DNA from: Camelus ferus
Lineage: Eukaryota
Length of the DNA: 64,000 nt
Reading direction: 5' to 3'
NCBI RefSeq assembly: GCF_009834535.1
Contig: NC_045696.1
Location: 40,116,001-40,180,000, forward strand
Shown piece by piece: positions 39,095 to 51,717 of the stretch. Under the pieces are notes generated by a model, which was given only the letters and a program-made list of their open reading frames with translations, did no database searches and had not been told where the DNA came from. Each line of letters begins with the position of its first letter. Position 1 is the stretch's first letter. A program made the position numbers and the translations under genes.

Positions 39095-42000
39095 ATTTTA
39101 TTTTGTGATAATACCACAATTTATTAATCCATTTTACTCTTGGCAGGCACTCAGAGTTTTCAGTTTTTGACTATCATGAATAGAGTTACTAACATCATCT
39201 AATACATGGCTTTTGTTGAAGCTGTGTGCACGTTTCTGTCGGTATAGTTGTAGGTGGGATATGGTCTAGGATACCTTGTGAAGCTGTTTTCCAATGTGCG
39301 TGTATGAATTTGAACTCCCAGAAGTAGTGCCTCATAATGATTCCTGCTGCTTCCCATCCTCACTAGCCTCAGTATTCTCCATCCTCCTGTTACACATTCT
39401 AGTAGACACATAGTATTGTCACACGGGGGTTTCTAGTTTGCACCTCCCTGATAATGAATGAAGTTGATCCTCTTTGTAAATGTAATGGCTATTTGAATAT
39501 CTTTTATTTTAAGCATTCTGCTCAAACCTGTTTATTTTCTACTGATTTAGATGCCTTTTTCTTATTCATTGGGAGGAGTTCTTTTTCATTGTGGATGCCA
39601 AGAACTTTGAGATTCTTACGGAGGTTCTTAATTTTGATATGAACTGAATAGTTATGACTTTTGTTTCATAAATAGTTCTTTACTATGCCCTGTTTAAAAG
39701 TCTCTGCCTCCTCCAAGATCATAATGATCATCACTTGAGTTTTCCTCTAAAAGCTTTACTATCTTTTACACTTAGGTATATAATTCATCTGCATTTGATT
39801 ATTTTCTGTAGAATATGAGATAAAGTTCAAGCACATATTTTTTCATGGATATCCAGTTGACTCAGCATCATTTGTTCGAAAGAGTATTGTTTCTTTACTC
39901 TACTTTTTTCATATTTTTTAAATCATAACTTAAGTTTAAGTCAGTTTGTCTATCCTATTTCCAAAGCCACACTATTTTAGTTACTATGTATCATAGTAAA
40001 TTTTGATATCTAGTGAAGTTAGCCCTTCATGTGAGTTCTTCTTTAAGAATGCTTTGTATACCCTTGGCCCTCTGCATTTCCAGTTTTCATTTAACAAGAA
40101 GCATGCTGATATTTTTAATTAGGATTACACTAAATCTGTAGACACATTAGGGCAGAATATCTTAACAATATTGAGTCTTCCATCCATGAACATGGACTAT
40201 TCTCCATTTGTTTAGATTCCCTGTAATTTCTCTCTATAATGTTTTGTAGTTTGTAGAAGTATGCACATTTTTCATTACATTAGTTGCTAGGTGCGTGGTT
40301 TTTGATGTTATAAATGATTTAATTTTTCATTTGCTTCTAGTATATAGTAATATTTGTAAAACTTTGTTAATATGTTTTATTCATTTTGCAATGTTAATGA
40401 AAAAATTTGGTTTATAATTTTTCTGTATTATTATGTATTTCTCAATTTTATAATCTTTGTTATGGTACCTCTTTGGTTAGGAAGTGTTCCCTCTTCTGTT
40501 CTCTGGAAGAATTTGTACAACACCGTTATGTCTTTCTTAAATGTTTGGAAGAATTCACCAGTGAAAGTATCTTGGCCTAATAATTTGATTATGAGACTGT
40601 TCTAACTAAGAATCAAAAATTTAATATGTCTGATTTTTTACATTTTTTATTTATTCTTATGGCAAGTTTACAAAAGCATGCAAATAAGTTGTTGGGTTTT
40701 TGAATTATTAATCCATCTCATCCAAATCATCAAATTTACTGGAGAAAATATTCATAATATCATTTCATTTGATGTATTATGATCTATATATTTTTTCTGA
40801 ATATTGTTTTTCTTCATTAGTCTTGTCAGAAGTTTATCAACTTTATGGATTTAATCAAAGTATCAACACTTAATTTGTTGATTTTCCTCTTTTTTATTCT
40901 TAATTTCTGTGCTCTTTATTCTGTGTTTCTTAGTTTTTATTTGCTTTTTGTTCTCTAGTTTTGAGTTGTAAGTTTAAATAAATTGATTTTCAGTCTTTCT
41001 TCTTTTCCATTATACAGCTGACCCTTGAACAATGCAGGAGTTAGGGATGCCAACCCACAGTCAAATCTCCATGTAAAATTTTACAGCTGTTTTTCCAAAT
41101 CTGCAGTTCTGCCTCCACAGATTCAAACAAACATGGATTGTGCAGTAACATTGAAAACAATCTGCATATATGTGGACCCACACAGTTCGAACTCATGTTG
41201 TTCAAGGGTCAGCTATATAGAAAATACTCTGACCACAGTGGAATTAATCTAGAGATCAGATACCATTATGGATCGAATTATACTGGAAATACATTAAAAA
41301 TTTTATTGCAGTTTCTAAGCACTCCATTAACTACAGCAATATAATTTTTTGACATATTTCCATTATAATTCAGTTGAGATATATATAATGACATCATAAG
41401 TATTGTTTTATATATACAGTCAATAGTCATGTTTATTTGCCCACATATTTTACTCCTCTGGAGTTCATAAATTCCTCCTGTATTTCCACACTCTATCTGG
41501 AATCATTTTTCTACTTGAAAAAAGTCCACTTAGTTTTATAAAAGTGGGCTTGCTAGAGACAAATTCTCTTATTTTCACTTTGACCAAAACTGTATTTCTT
41601 TCTATTTACAAAACAGTATTTCTTTATAAGATCGTAAGTTGGCAGTTATTTTCAATATTTAAAAATGTCACCCGTTTATCTTCTAGCTTCAATAATTTCT
41701 GTTGAGAGGTTATATATCAGTCAGTAATTTTTTAAAAGGCAGTTATTTTACATTTTTTCTCTTTGGGCTAGATTCTCATATTTTATAAAATACTTAGGTT
41801 TGGTTTTGTTTATCTTCAACTTGGGATTCCTAGACTTGCCCTAATCTCTCAGTCAACATCTTTTATCAGTTTTGTAAAACTTAAATATTGGTTTCCATGA
41901 TTTTCTCTCTTTTTCCTTCTATGACTTCTATTATATGTACATGAGGCCTTAGATAATTCTACATATCTTTATTCACTTTTTTGCCAATGTTTTTCTATAT

Positions 42001-42450
42001 TCTTAATTTTGTATATTTTTAATGACTTGTCTTTCAATTCACATGTCCTATAAACTTCTCTCTCTAATCTTAAATACACCCATTGAGTTCTTAACTTTAT
42101 ATATCTTTTTGTTCTAGGTTGTCCATATATTACTTTTCTTTTTTTAAAGAGTATAATTTACTGAAGAAATTATCCATACTTTCATCTATTCTTTCCATCT
42201 TCTTCTCTAATTTATCAAATCTATTAATAACAGTTATTTCAAAGACCTTGGTTGGTAACTCCAATATCTAGATCATCTATTGGTCTCCTACTAGATTCCA
42301 TCTTTTTCTTCTTGATCATCAATCATATTTTCATGTCTTTTTGTACGTATATAGTAATGTTTTATTGTGTGTCAGATACTGAGTGTAAAAGAAATGAAGA
42401 GGATCTGAATGATGTTATCTTTCACTAAAAAGGGTCACCACTTTCCTCTG
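39095..42450 (-). mobile_element. Ancient fragmented L1M (L1ME-like), antisense
   Basis: T-rich antisense L1 motifs (atggatatccagttgactcagcatcatttgtt; tcttaacaatattgagtcttcc; aatgtttggaagaattcaccagtgaag). Confidence 0.75.
41015..41215. mobile_element. Tigger2-family non-autonomous DNA transposon (MER8/MER28-like MITE)
   Basis: Terminal inverted repeats CAGCTGACCCTTGAACAA ... TTGTTCAAGGGTCAGCT(A), flanked by TA on both sides. Confidence 0.88.
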
Positions 42451-43912
42451 TTGCACAGCTTAGGTAAGAGGCTGATTATTCTATCTCATCAATAATTAAT
42501 TTAGGCAAGAGCTGGATTGCAGAATAAGAATCAGCTTACGTATGTTTCAGACCACTTCCCTGGAAGTGGCCATATAAAGCTTACTGATAACAAGCCAAAT
42601 TGGTCTCGATTCTGAGATTCTTTAGGATTTCCAGCCCTGTCATCCATAAATTTCCAGCTCAGCTCTTCAGCCTCCCATCTAGGCATCTTAGTCATCTAGT
42701 AAATGTCTTGACTGAGAAAGTAATGAAGTGACCTAAAAGCAGGCCCACTCTCCCTGGTATGTCTTAGAATTCACTCTGAGTTTCTGAAGCTTTTAGATTT
42801 CCTCTGCTATTTCTGATGCTGCTGTAGACCTCTAGAATTGAGCCAATGTCATAAGAGGTAAATTAGCCATGCATTTGAAGAAGCCTCTCAAGTTTCCAAT
42901 TTGTCTCTCTTGCCTCCTACAACTGCTAAAACAACACAACATCACTTTGCTAGTTGTTTTTTTTTTTTTCCTGAAAGTGCAAATCAAGCCCAATCTGTAG
43001 GCCATGCCATGAATCAAATTTCCCAAAGGGAAAAATTCTCAGGATCCAGCAAATGCCCCCAACGGAAAAAAATCAGCTCACCTCTGAAATTTCCCCCTCA
43101 TTCTAGAGTCTTTAACTTCTTTCCCCCTGGGTAAATGGGATAGGCAAAGAGAAGAGGGCAATTGGTGGGGGGTGGGGGTGGGGGTGGGCAGGTTGGGGGA
43201 ATGACTAAACTGACTAGCCAAGTATTTTTCCAAATCTATTATGTAAACTAGATTCCAAGCCCTTGGAATGTCAGATTCTAAGAATTAGTCATTTTGCATT
43301 TCAGCTACGGCCAGAAGAAACCAAGCTTTAACCCGAACAGGGTAAGGATGCTGTAAACAAAGGGCTTACAGAAATAAGAATAAATCAGGTTAATTCCTTC
43401 CTCATCGTCCTACAGCATTATGACTCCTGCCTATACTCAACTAAAATTTCACTCTCAAGTGTTCCCTCTAACTTACTCAATCTAATGAGCATTTTTCAAA
43501 TTTTGCTTTTTATTTACCCTTCTACAGAACCTGATATAGTGTCCCAGAGACATCAGAATCTAGGGGCAATCATTAGTTAATTTACTTAGAAGGCACTACC
43601 TTTCTTATTGGTCTTTTCCACTTCTCATGGAAAAATACAGTACATATTACAGTCTTAGTTATATAGTTAATCAAGATTATGATTGCATCCCCAAACAAAA
43701 CACACCATCACTATAACTTATATTAAATTTAAATATACCATAAGCATATTATTGCCTATAAAGCCTGCATAAATGTTACAGTTACAAAAAAGAGTGCACG
43801 TAATACTGAGGTGTTTTTTTTTTTAAGCATACAGCTACAATGACCAAAACGTTTCCAGCTTGCTAATTCATTCTGGATCATGGTCATTAGTTCATGCTTT
43901 TTTCCCAAAGGT

Positions 43913-44056
43913 TTTTTTTTTTTTTTTTTGGTTTGTTTTTTGAGATGGGGGAGGTAATTTGGTTTATTTATTTATTTGTTAGAGGCACTGGGGATTGAAC
44001 CCAGGACCTTGTGCATGCAAAGCACGTGCTCTACCACTAAGCTACGCCCTCCTCCC
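43913..44056 (-). mobile_element. tRNA-Ala-derived SINE (resembles camelid vic-1)
   Basis: Minus strand: A box TAGCTTAGTGG, TGC anticodon loop, B box GGTTCAATCCC, (TAAA)n and A tail; TSD TCCCAAAGGT at 43903-43912 and 44057-44066. Confidence 0.88.
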
Positions 44057-45621
44057 TCCCAAAGGTATTTATCATCATAACACAGGACAAATTGAACTCA
44101 CTTAACAAAAGTTAAGACCATAGCACTTCTGGCTCTTTGACTATCAAAAATTAGCTTGTTAAGTACTTAGGTAGGATTGTTAGCAATACTGCAATTGCAT
44201 TTGATATTTTGACACATAGCACAATATAACTGTTATAGGAAGAATAAGTTATTCTGAGCCCTGGGCATGTCTGAGTTGTGTTCAGATTTTAATAAATCCT
44301 TGACTCTAGTGTCAGAAAATAGAAATGGTATTGGTATGGCACCAACCTATATCATTTTTATATGCCAGCATAAATGCATAAACTTGAGACTACACAATAT
44401 TTTTTCTAATTGTAGGTAACGTAGTAGATATTCCATAAATAAAAATGTTAGCCTTTTTTTTTTTTTCATTACCCTATTTAAAGTCCACGTAGGATGTACC
44501 ACACACTTCTTTGCCATGGCCTACAAAGACCACCATGGTCAGACTCTTGCCTATCTTTTTAATTTTATCTCTCCCCAAATATCCTGCACTTTATCTACTT
44601 TAAATTACTTGACATTAAAGATTCATAATGCTAATTATCATCATTATGCTTTAGCACAAATTATTTCTTCTACCTAGAATTTCTTTCTTCACCTTTTTTT
44701 CTTACAGAGTGAGAAACGTCACCTTCACTGTGAAATCTTTCCTGACCTCCTAAACACAGTTAGATACTTTCTTTTTCTTGTAGCATTCTATCCATACATG
44801 TATTACAGCCTCCATCTCATTACTCACTTTGCATCCTTTAGGGAAGGGAAAATATTATAGACACGGTGACTTCCCTAATAACTATAGAGGCTATAGTTAG
44901 TAAATGTAGAAGAAACAAAGAGACAGAAGGAAGGAAGGAAAGAAAAGACTTTAAGCTTTAAATATGACCCCCAAGTTTTCCAGAGCCTAAATTTTCAATT
45001 AGTAAACCCATAGTAGTATTCATTGGAAGAGCAAAGAGTCCTTAAATATTCAAAATATTGTGCTTAACTTTCATGTAATGACTACACACACACACAAGGA
45101 ATGTCGTTAGATTTTTCCATTCTGTAACCCAGTGCTGAAAGCTTTCAAAATGAATGGAGCTGGTGGGCAATTTCATTCTCTCTGATTTGATTATTTATCT
45201 TTCAGGGCAGGGAAAGTCAGACTCCTAGAAAATAAACAATGGATACATAATTACTTAGCCAATAAGTTGCCAAGTTAGGGCTTAAAACTGGTCTTCTGAC
45301 TTCAAGTCTTGTCTTCTTTTTTACTATACCGGAGTTATCTTCTTTTATATGCTTGTTCCCTAGCCCCCCTCAGCATGTCCATTCCTAAAAGAGTTATACT
45401 CAGAGTGCTGGCTGTCCATCTGCCTCTTTAAAAAGTTTTGTGGCTACATCCAAGTTCATTTTCCTGTCCATGAGGAGGTCAATTCCCCAGAAGTACAGGT
45501 TGGAGTCCAGATGTCCTCTAGATGTCTGTGTGAGATCCAATGACTTGATGGATGAACTTCTAATTAAAATAGACTTTAGCATTTGCTGGGTTTAAGTAAA
45601 TTAGTATGAATTAAAGTTCAG

Positions 45622-46010
45622 TGTGGTGGTCATTAATGGTGTCTACCAAATATTTTTAGTTCTTCTGGGAAGTGTCCGTAGGGTTACACCTCTACCCTTG
45701 GTATGGCCATGTAAATAACTTTCGCCAATGAAATGTGAGCAGAAGTGATTTGTGTTACTTCCAAGAAGAAGCTTTATGAATCAGTGTATGATTTGGGCCC
45801 TGCCTCCATTTTTTTTTTCTGACTTGACACTCTGGCAGTGTGGGCACGTAGCCTCTCCTATCCTGTTTCCTGATGGAAGACAATGATCTTCCGTCACACA
45901 AAAACCAACCTACAATAAATGTGTAATGCAAGCAAATGTTTTAAAATTATAAAATTTTAGAGTTGTTACCAAGCATAACTTAGATAATTTAGCCTACCTT
46001 AACTAGGACA
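45622..46010 (+). mobile_element. MaLR solo LTR (MLT1J-like)
   Basis: tgtggtggtcattaatgg; ggccatgt..actttcgccaatgaaatgtgagcagaagtga; gttgttaccaagcataact. Confidence 0.65.
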
Positions 46011-47407
46011 AGTACTTTAAATATGTTATTCCAATTCAGCAGTAATGTTCAATGCTATAGGTCAATGGAGTCTTTTTGAATCTATGACATTTTGGTGTGG
46101 ACTGCTCTTAACTAAGACTATTAAACAAAATTTTTCTGGGAAGGTATGTGTTGGTAATGTACTTTAAAAGCTCCATTTTTGGATTTAAACAGTTTTAAAG
46201 TGCTGACATCTTTTAATCAGTTTACAAATTTATTACATTTTACATATTTTAAAATATGGCAATAGGTTTTTTAATGAATCCTATGAAAAATTACATTAAA
46301 CTATGATTATACCCAATTAAATAAAAATCAAAATAATGTCCACATTTGAGATCATGATACAAACTCTAAAAGCCTCAGGGATGGAGTATAATTGATGAAA
46401 AGGCAGAATGAAGACATAATGGTAAGCAAACTCACAGGAGTAACTTCAACTACCTTTCAGGCACACTATCCCTTTCTAAGTCACTTGAGATATACTGTTT
46501 TCATACTCTGGGAGGAAACAAAAAAAAAAGAAAACCACATTCATCATTCCTTCCAGGAAATAGCTCTGGAGATTCTCTCTGCTTGTGGCTACATCAGTTC
46601 TGTAACAGCTGGGTGTGTGGGTGGCGCACATCAGGTCTGCCAGTTTCCAAAGAGGAACCTGGGCCTCCTAAACTGTTACAGTACCTCCCAGCTTTGTGGG
46701 GGGTCTGTGGCTCCAGTCTATGCATTGGGATGGAGACGGGGTGGGGTGCATGCGGAAGGAGGGAAGCACCTGAGAACACATGCCTGGATTTTGTGGAGAC
46801 CACCAGTGTGTAAACCACTCATGTGACAAGACCAATTCCAAAGGGAAGAGGAGTGACCATTTCCCCTTCAGTTCCAACAGCTGCAGCCCACCACACAGCT
46901 GCTACTCTGGGTTTAGGATAGAAGAAAAACAAAAGAGAAGTGGGACACTCTGTAGTGGTTTGGCTGCTTGGAAGTAGTAGGCAGAGAGTGTAAGGAAAGC
47001 CACCAAGAGAAGAGCAAAAGTCTTCTCTCCACAGACTTCTCTCCACATGCCCCGGACTGTTCAGTGTAGGCTGTTACACTCTTTGCTACCCCAACCAGTA
47101 CCACAAAGGTTGACTTTTCTCTCATGCAAAAATCCTCTGTAGTCTGGAATTCTCTCCAAGCAACGGTGTCTTCTGTGGTGACTGTGTGATCCAGGCTTGC
47201 AGAGTCTCTGCTCCTCCCAGCTGCACAATCAAAAGCATGTAGCCCCCTTGGTCAGCATGGCAGTAGGAGAGAGAGCAGGAGAGTCCCACCACAGTCACAG
47301 GGACTATAAGTGATACATGTCACTGCTGCTCACGTTTCACTGGCCACCTCCAGTCACCACTAGGCAAAGCCTGGCTTCAAAGGGCATGAGACTGCAGTCC
47401 CTGTGTA

Positions 47408-47451
47408 TCTGTAGTAAAATGCTCTACCACTGAGCTAGACCCCACCTCCAC
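47408..47451 (-). mobile_element. 3'-truncated tRNA/SINE head without tail
   Basis: Minus strand GTGGAGGTGGGGTCTAGCTCAGTGGTAGAGCATTT; direct repeats CCCTGTGTA at 47399-47407 and 47452-47460. Confidence 0.7.
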
Positions 47452-48739
47452 CCCTGTGTACTTGGAAGGGGATATTGATGAACATTAGAGCCAAGTGCCC
47501 TTACCCTCTGAAGCCCTAAAATGAAGTTCTAGGTATATGTAGCCACAGCTTTCCAAGAGAATGCACCTGCCCATTCTCTGATGTCTAATTGTCTTTGTAC
47601 TCACATCTGGATTCTAGTTTTCCTTCCAAAGTGATAGAGAAGAGGGAAATACATAGAGTGTGTCTAGCCTGTGGAGTCTGAAAGCAGAGAGCTGGTTCCT
47701 AAAAGTCTGCAAAGGCAAAGGTAACCAAAAATGCATCACAGGCTATGGTTTTAAGCAGCTCCGCACCCTCCCCACCCCCGTAATGTAATGTTTGGTATAA
47801 GTACTGACTTGTGTCTCCCTGGGCTTTACCTTTCTGTCTCTTTTTTATGACTGACTTTTCTTATTTGTTTCTGGTTCCTGGGTATTGATTCTAGTGGAAG
47901 GGAGAGAGGTGGGGAGCTGGAGAGGCAGAAGGTAAGGGAGAGAAAGACAAAGAAGAAAAGAGGGAGAGACAGAACAAAAGAAAAAGAAATTACCTTGTGA
48001 GATTATCAAGTTCTTTCAAAAACATCAGTTCATACGAGCTTCAAAACAGTCCTTAAAAGAACATATACATTCATCCCCAAGTTACCAGTGCAGAACTAAA
48101 ACTCAGAAGGATACATAAAGTAAATTGAGGGCAGGAGAAGAAATAAATCTTAATCAGGGCAGTTTCCACTTACTTCAGGGCCTTTGGGAACTCCAAAGAC
48201 AAGCAAGACCATGTTTTAACACAGGCCCAGTCTCTTCTGAATGCCAGATGTCACTTACCTTTTATCCCAGTGGTTATTTTATTTTTTGACATCGAGATTA
48301 GCTTTAAAAGCACTGCTTTCCCACCCCTGGTCTCCTCACCTGCCTTTAATCCACCAAAACTAAGTCTGAAAACTCAGATTAATTTGGATCTTAGCCACAG
48401 CATTTTCACGAATCCCCAAAAGCCTTCTATTCTGGCCCTTCCATGCCAACTCACGCCCCATGGGCACTCAACTGGTCGCATCTCAAATCCCCACAAATGG
48501 GGCTCCAGTTCAAACCAGCGCACTCCACGCACTCCACGATGGTTTGTCTTGCACCTTGAGCCACACCTTAGTGACTTCACGTAAGCACAGGAGGAAGGAG
48601 TGAAAGCCCTCCCTAGGGTGTGTGGGTCCAAGGGCACAACACTGAATGCTTCCTTCAGCCCAGAAATTAAAAGCCAGGCTTTTGAAACAGAGAGGCGAAG
48701 GCTCCCATTTGCCAAGTTACTACTTAGAAGAAGAATGTA

Positions 48740-49960
48740 GGCTTCCGGGAGAAGATGGAGTAGAAGGACGCTCGCAGGTCACCCTCTCCCACAAATACAC
48801 CAAGACCCAAATCTACAGACCCACTCGGCCAACCAGAGCACCTGTGGAACTCCGACAGAACATCGCCCGTCTTCAAAAGATAAAGACGCCAAAAATCTGG
48901 TAGGAGAAAAGGAAAAAAGAAAGAACAAAAGGCAAAGCAGCGCGGGATGGGTCCCGCGGGGAGGGAGCGGCAAAGGAGGACTGGCGCTCGCTCGCTGGGT
49001 CTCCCCTCTCCAACTGAGAGGCCAGCCGGGACGGAGGGGGAGCCTCCGAGGCTCGGATCTGTACAGAGGAGCCCTTGACTAACAGAACTAAGTTAAACGG
49101 GCACAGAGCGTCCCCCCGACACCCAGCCTGAGACGCGGCCGGCAGCCGCAAGCAGGGCCAGGCTGCACAAGCCGGGCGGAGGACGGAAGTGGCTGCACGG
49201 AGGCAGCCCCAGGGGAACGCAAGGGGCTGCGCGCCGTGGCTGTGGGTGCACAGGGCAGAACAACCTGGGCCCTCCATAAAACAGCAAGGTTGATGTGCTC
49301 TCAGGGGAAGGGTGCACACCCCCATCTCTGAAAACCCGCGGAAAGTTTTCGAGGGAAGAGAGGCGGGGCTCAGGCACAGCCGCCATATCCTCCACGCTGA
49401 GCACTCAGGCGGGGGCGAAACCTGCATCCGCACGGAAGGGCTTAGCAGCCTCAAAGGCCAGACTGAGACTGGCCTGCAGCCCGGGGCAGATAGGATCCTT
49501 CCATCCTGGTCCCTCAGAGAACTTGCTCCACAAAGACAAACAAGGAGCTGGGTTCTGGCTCGGAGCAGGGACAGGGCTGTCCTTCGGTCTTCCCCTAGCC
49601 CACCTGCGGAGCGCCGACCAGGGTGGAGCGCGCAGCCGCACAAGAGCGGAACTACCGGCGGCGCAGGTAGAGCGAGAGCAGCCCCCCACCTTTCGGGCAG
49701 GAACACAGCCCCTGACCGAGGTGCTGGGAGGGGGCACGACCCACCCTCCTACCTGGCCAGTCTGCAGCATCTGACTGCAGCATCCGGAGGGACAGCGACC
49801 CGCCCGCCCACAGCAGAGAGCGGCACCTGACCCAGTGTTAGGAGGAGGCGCGATCGGCTTGCCGACAGGTGCTAGGAGCAGCACAGAAGAGGGCGCCAAC
49901 GGAGGGCCTCTGAAAACAGCAAGCTGAGCTTCCAAAACAGGACGAAGACAGAAAGACTTC
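48740..49960 (+). promoter_or_regulatory. CpG-island-like L1 internal promoter (5' UTR)
   Basis: GC- and CpG-rich stretch in an otherwise AT-rich, CpG-poor window; L1 5' UTRs are known internal Pol II promoters. Confidence 0.8.
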
Positions 49961-50410
49961 ACATTAAAAGCACACAGACTCCAGGAGAACACCGACAAAC
50001 CCCCTCCCCCCCCCCCTTTTTTTAATCTGTTTTTACCTGTTCTATTTTCTATTACTCTCTTAATCTTTACTTCTTAATTCATTTCTATTTCTCTTGGGTT
50101 TTGATGTCCTGCTATTGATTAGACACAGGTTTCAAATACATCTATTCATCTCCCCCCCCCCTTTTTTTTGTAAAGGTTTTAAAAGGACGTCTCAACCCGA
50201 TTAATACTCTGCTTCAACTCACTCTTCTATTATTCATTATACACTGTTTTCAAACCCTCTTTCTCCCTTCTTTTAAAATTCTTTCTCTCTCTCTCTTATT
50301 TTTTTTTCTTTTTTTCCTAAGTTCTATTCCTAAATAGGCATCAGATAGATAAAATCCTTAAGGACCACAATAAACAACTGATACTCCATAAACCACAGTG
50401 CCAAAGAGGT

Positions 50411-51313
50411 ATGAGCAAGATGAAGAAGCAGAAAAACCTTTCCCAATTGAAAGAACAAGAGAAATCCCCTGAAAGAAAGATCAACAAAATAGACATCGAT
50501 AGCCTACTAGATCAAGATTTCAAAAAAGGAGTGATCGAATTGCTGAAGGAATTAAAAGAGATAGTGTTTAGAGATATAAAATATGTCAAAAATGAAATTG
50601 AAGCTATAAAGAAGAGCCAAGTAGAATGGGTAAACTCATTGACAGAGATGAGAAATGATCTAATAGCTGTGCAAAGCTGACTAGATAATGCAGAGGAACG
50701 AATTAGTGATCTAGAAGACAGGGCAATAGAAAGCACCCATTCAGAAGAACTACAAGAGAAGCAAATAAAAAATAATGAAAATAGCATGAGGGACCTATGG
50801 GATAATATAAAGCATCCCAATCTTCGCATAATAGGGGTCCCAGAAGGAGAAGAAAGATCAAAGGGGATTGAAAAGGTTTTTGAAGAAATCATGACTGAAA
50901 ACTTCCCAAACTTAAAGAAGGAATCAGATATCCAAGTACAGGAAGCTCAGAGGGTCCCAAACAGGAAGAACCCAAACAGACCCACACCAATACATATCAT
51001 AATCAAGATGGCCAGAGTCAAGGATAAAGAAATGATTCTATAGGCAGCAAGAGAAAAGCAAAGAGTAAGTTACAAGGGAACCCCCATAAGGCTCTCAGCT
51101 GATTTCTCTACACAAACACTACAGGCCAGAAGGGAGTGGCAAGATATATTCAAAGCCCTGAATGAAAAAAAGATGCAGCCTAGGATCCTTTACCCAGCAA
51201 GGCTATCCTTGAGGATAGAAGGAGAAATAAAGAGTTTCACAGACAAAAAAAAGCTGCAGGAGTTTAGCAACACTAAACCCATGCCAAAAGAAATATTGAA
51301 AGGGCTATTCTAA
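50411..51313 (+). pseudogene. L1 ORF1p (RNA-binding chaperone), 300 codons with two premature stops
   Basis: Single frame from ATG 50411 to TAA 51311-51313; in-frame TGA 50678-50680 and TAG 51041-51043; motifs LWDNIKHPNLRIIGVPE, ARREW, YPARL. Confidence 0.93.
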
Positions 51314-51717
51314 ATAGAAAAGCAGCAGGATGCTACAGAAATGAGAAACACACAACTGGAAAGGTGATAACTCATGAATTACAAATAAAGTAAACATGAA
51401 ATTATAAAAGAAGACATACAAATCACTGAGAGTGGGAGAGGGAGGCAGGGAAATATAGAATATTTTTTTCTTTCTTTTTAAAATTTTGTTAACAGTAGGA
51501 TGGGTTTGAGATCATGTTACTATCAGTTTAATAAGAACAGTTATAGTAATGGGTTGATAGATTTACAGAAAAGGGTAACCACAAGCCAAAAATTTACAAA
51601 GGAGTCACAAAAATTAAATAAAATCCATGATAATACAAAGGAAAATTACCAAACCACAAAAGGAAGAAGAAAGGAACAAAGAGGATATACCAATTCAACT
51701 GCAAAGATAAGTTCAAA

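Noticed and set aside
43985..44056. Functional tRNA-Ala gene
   Set aside because: The acceptor stem does not pair cleanly, and it has a SINE body, A tail and TSD.
48873..49998. Long antisense ORFs (277 aa and 197 aa) in the young L1 5' UTR, as a possible ORF0 analogue
   Set aside because: The 277-aa ORF starts at GTG, not ATG. Long ORFs occur in several frames on both strands here, as expected from high GC content, and I see no recognisable domain.
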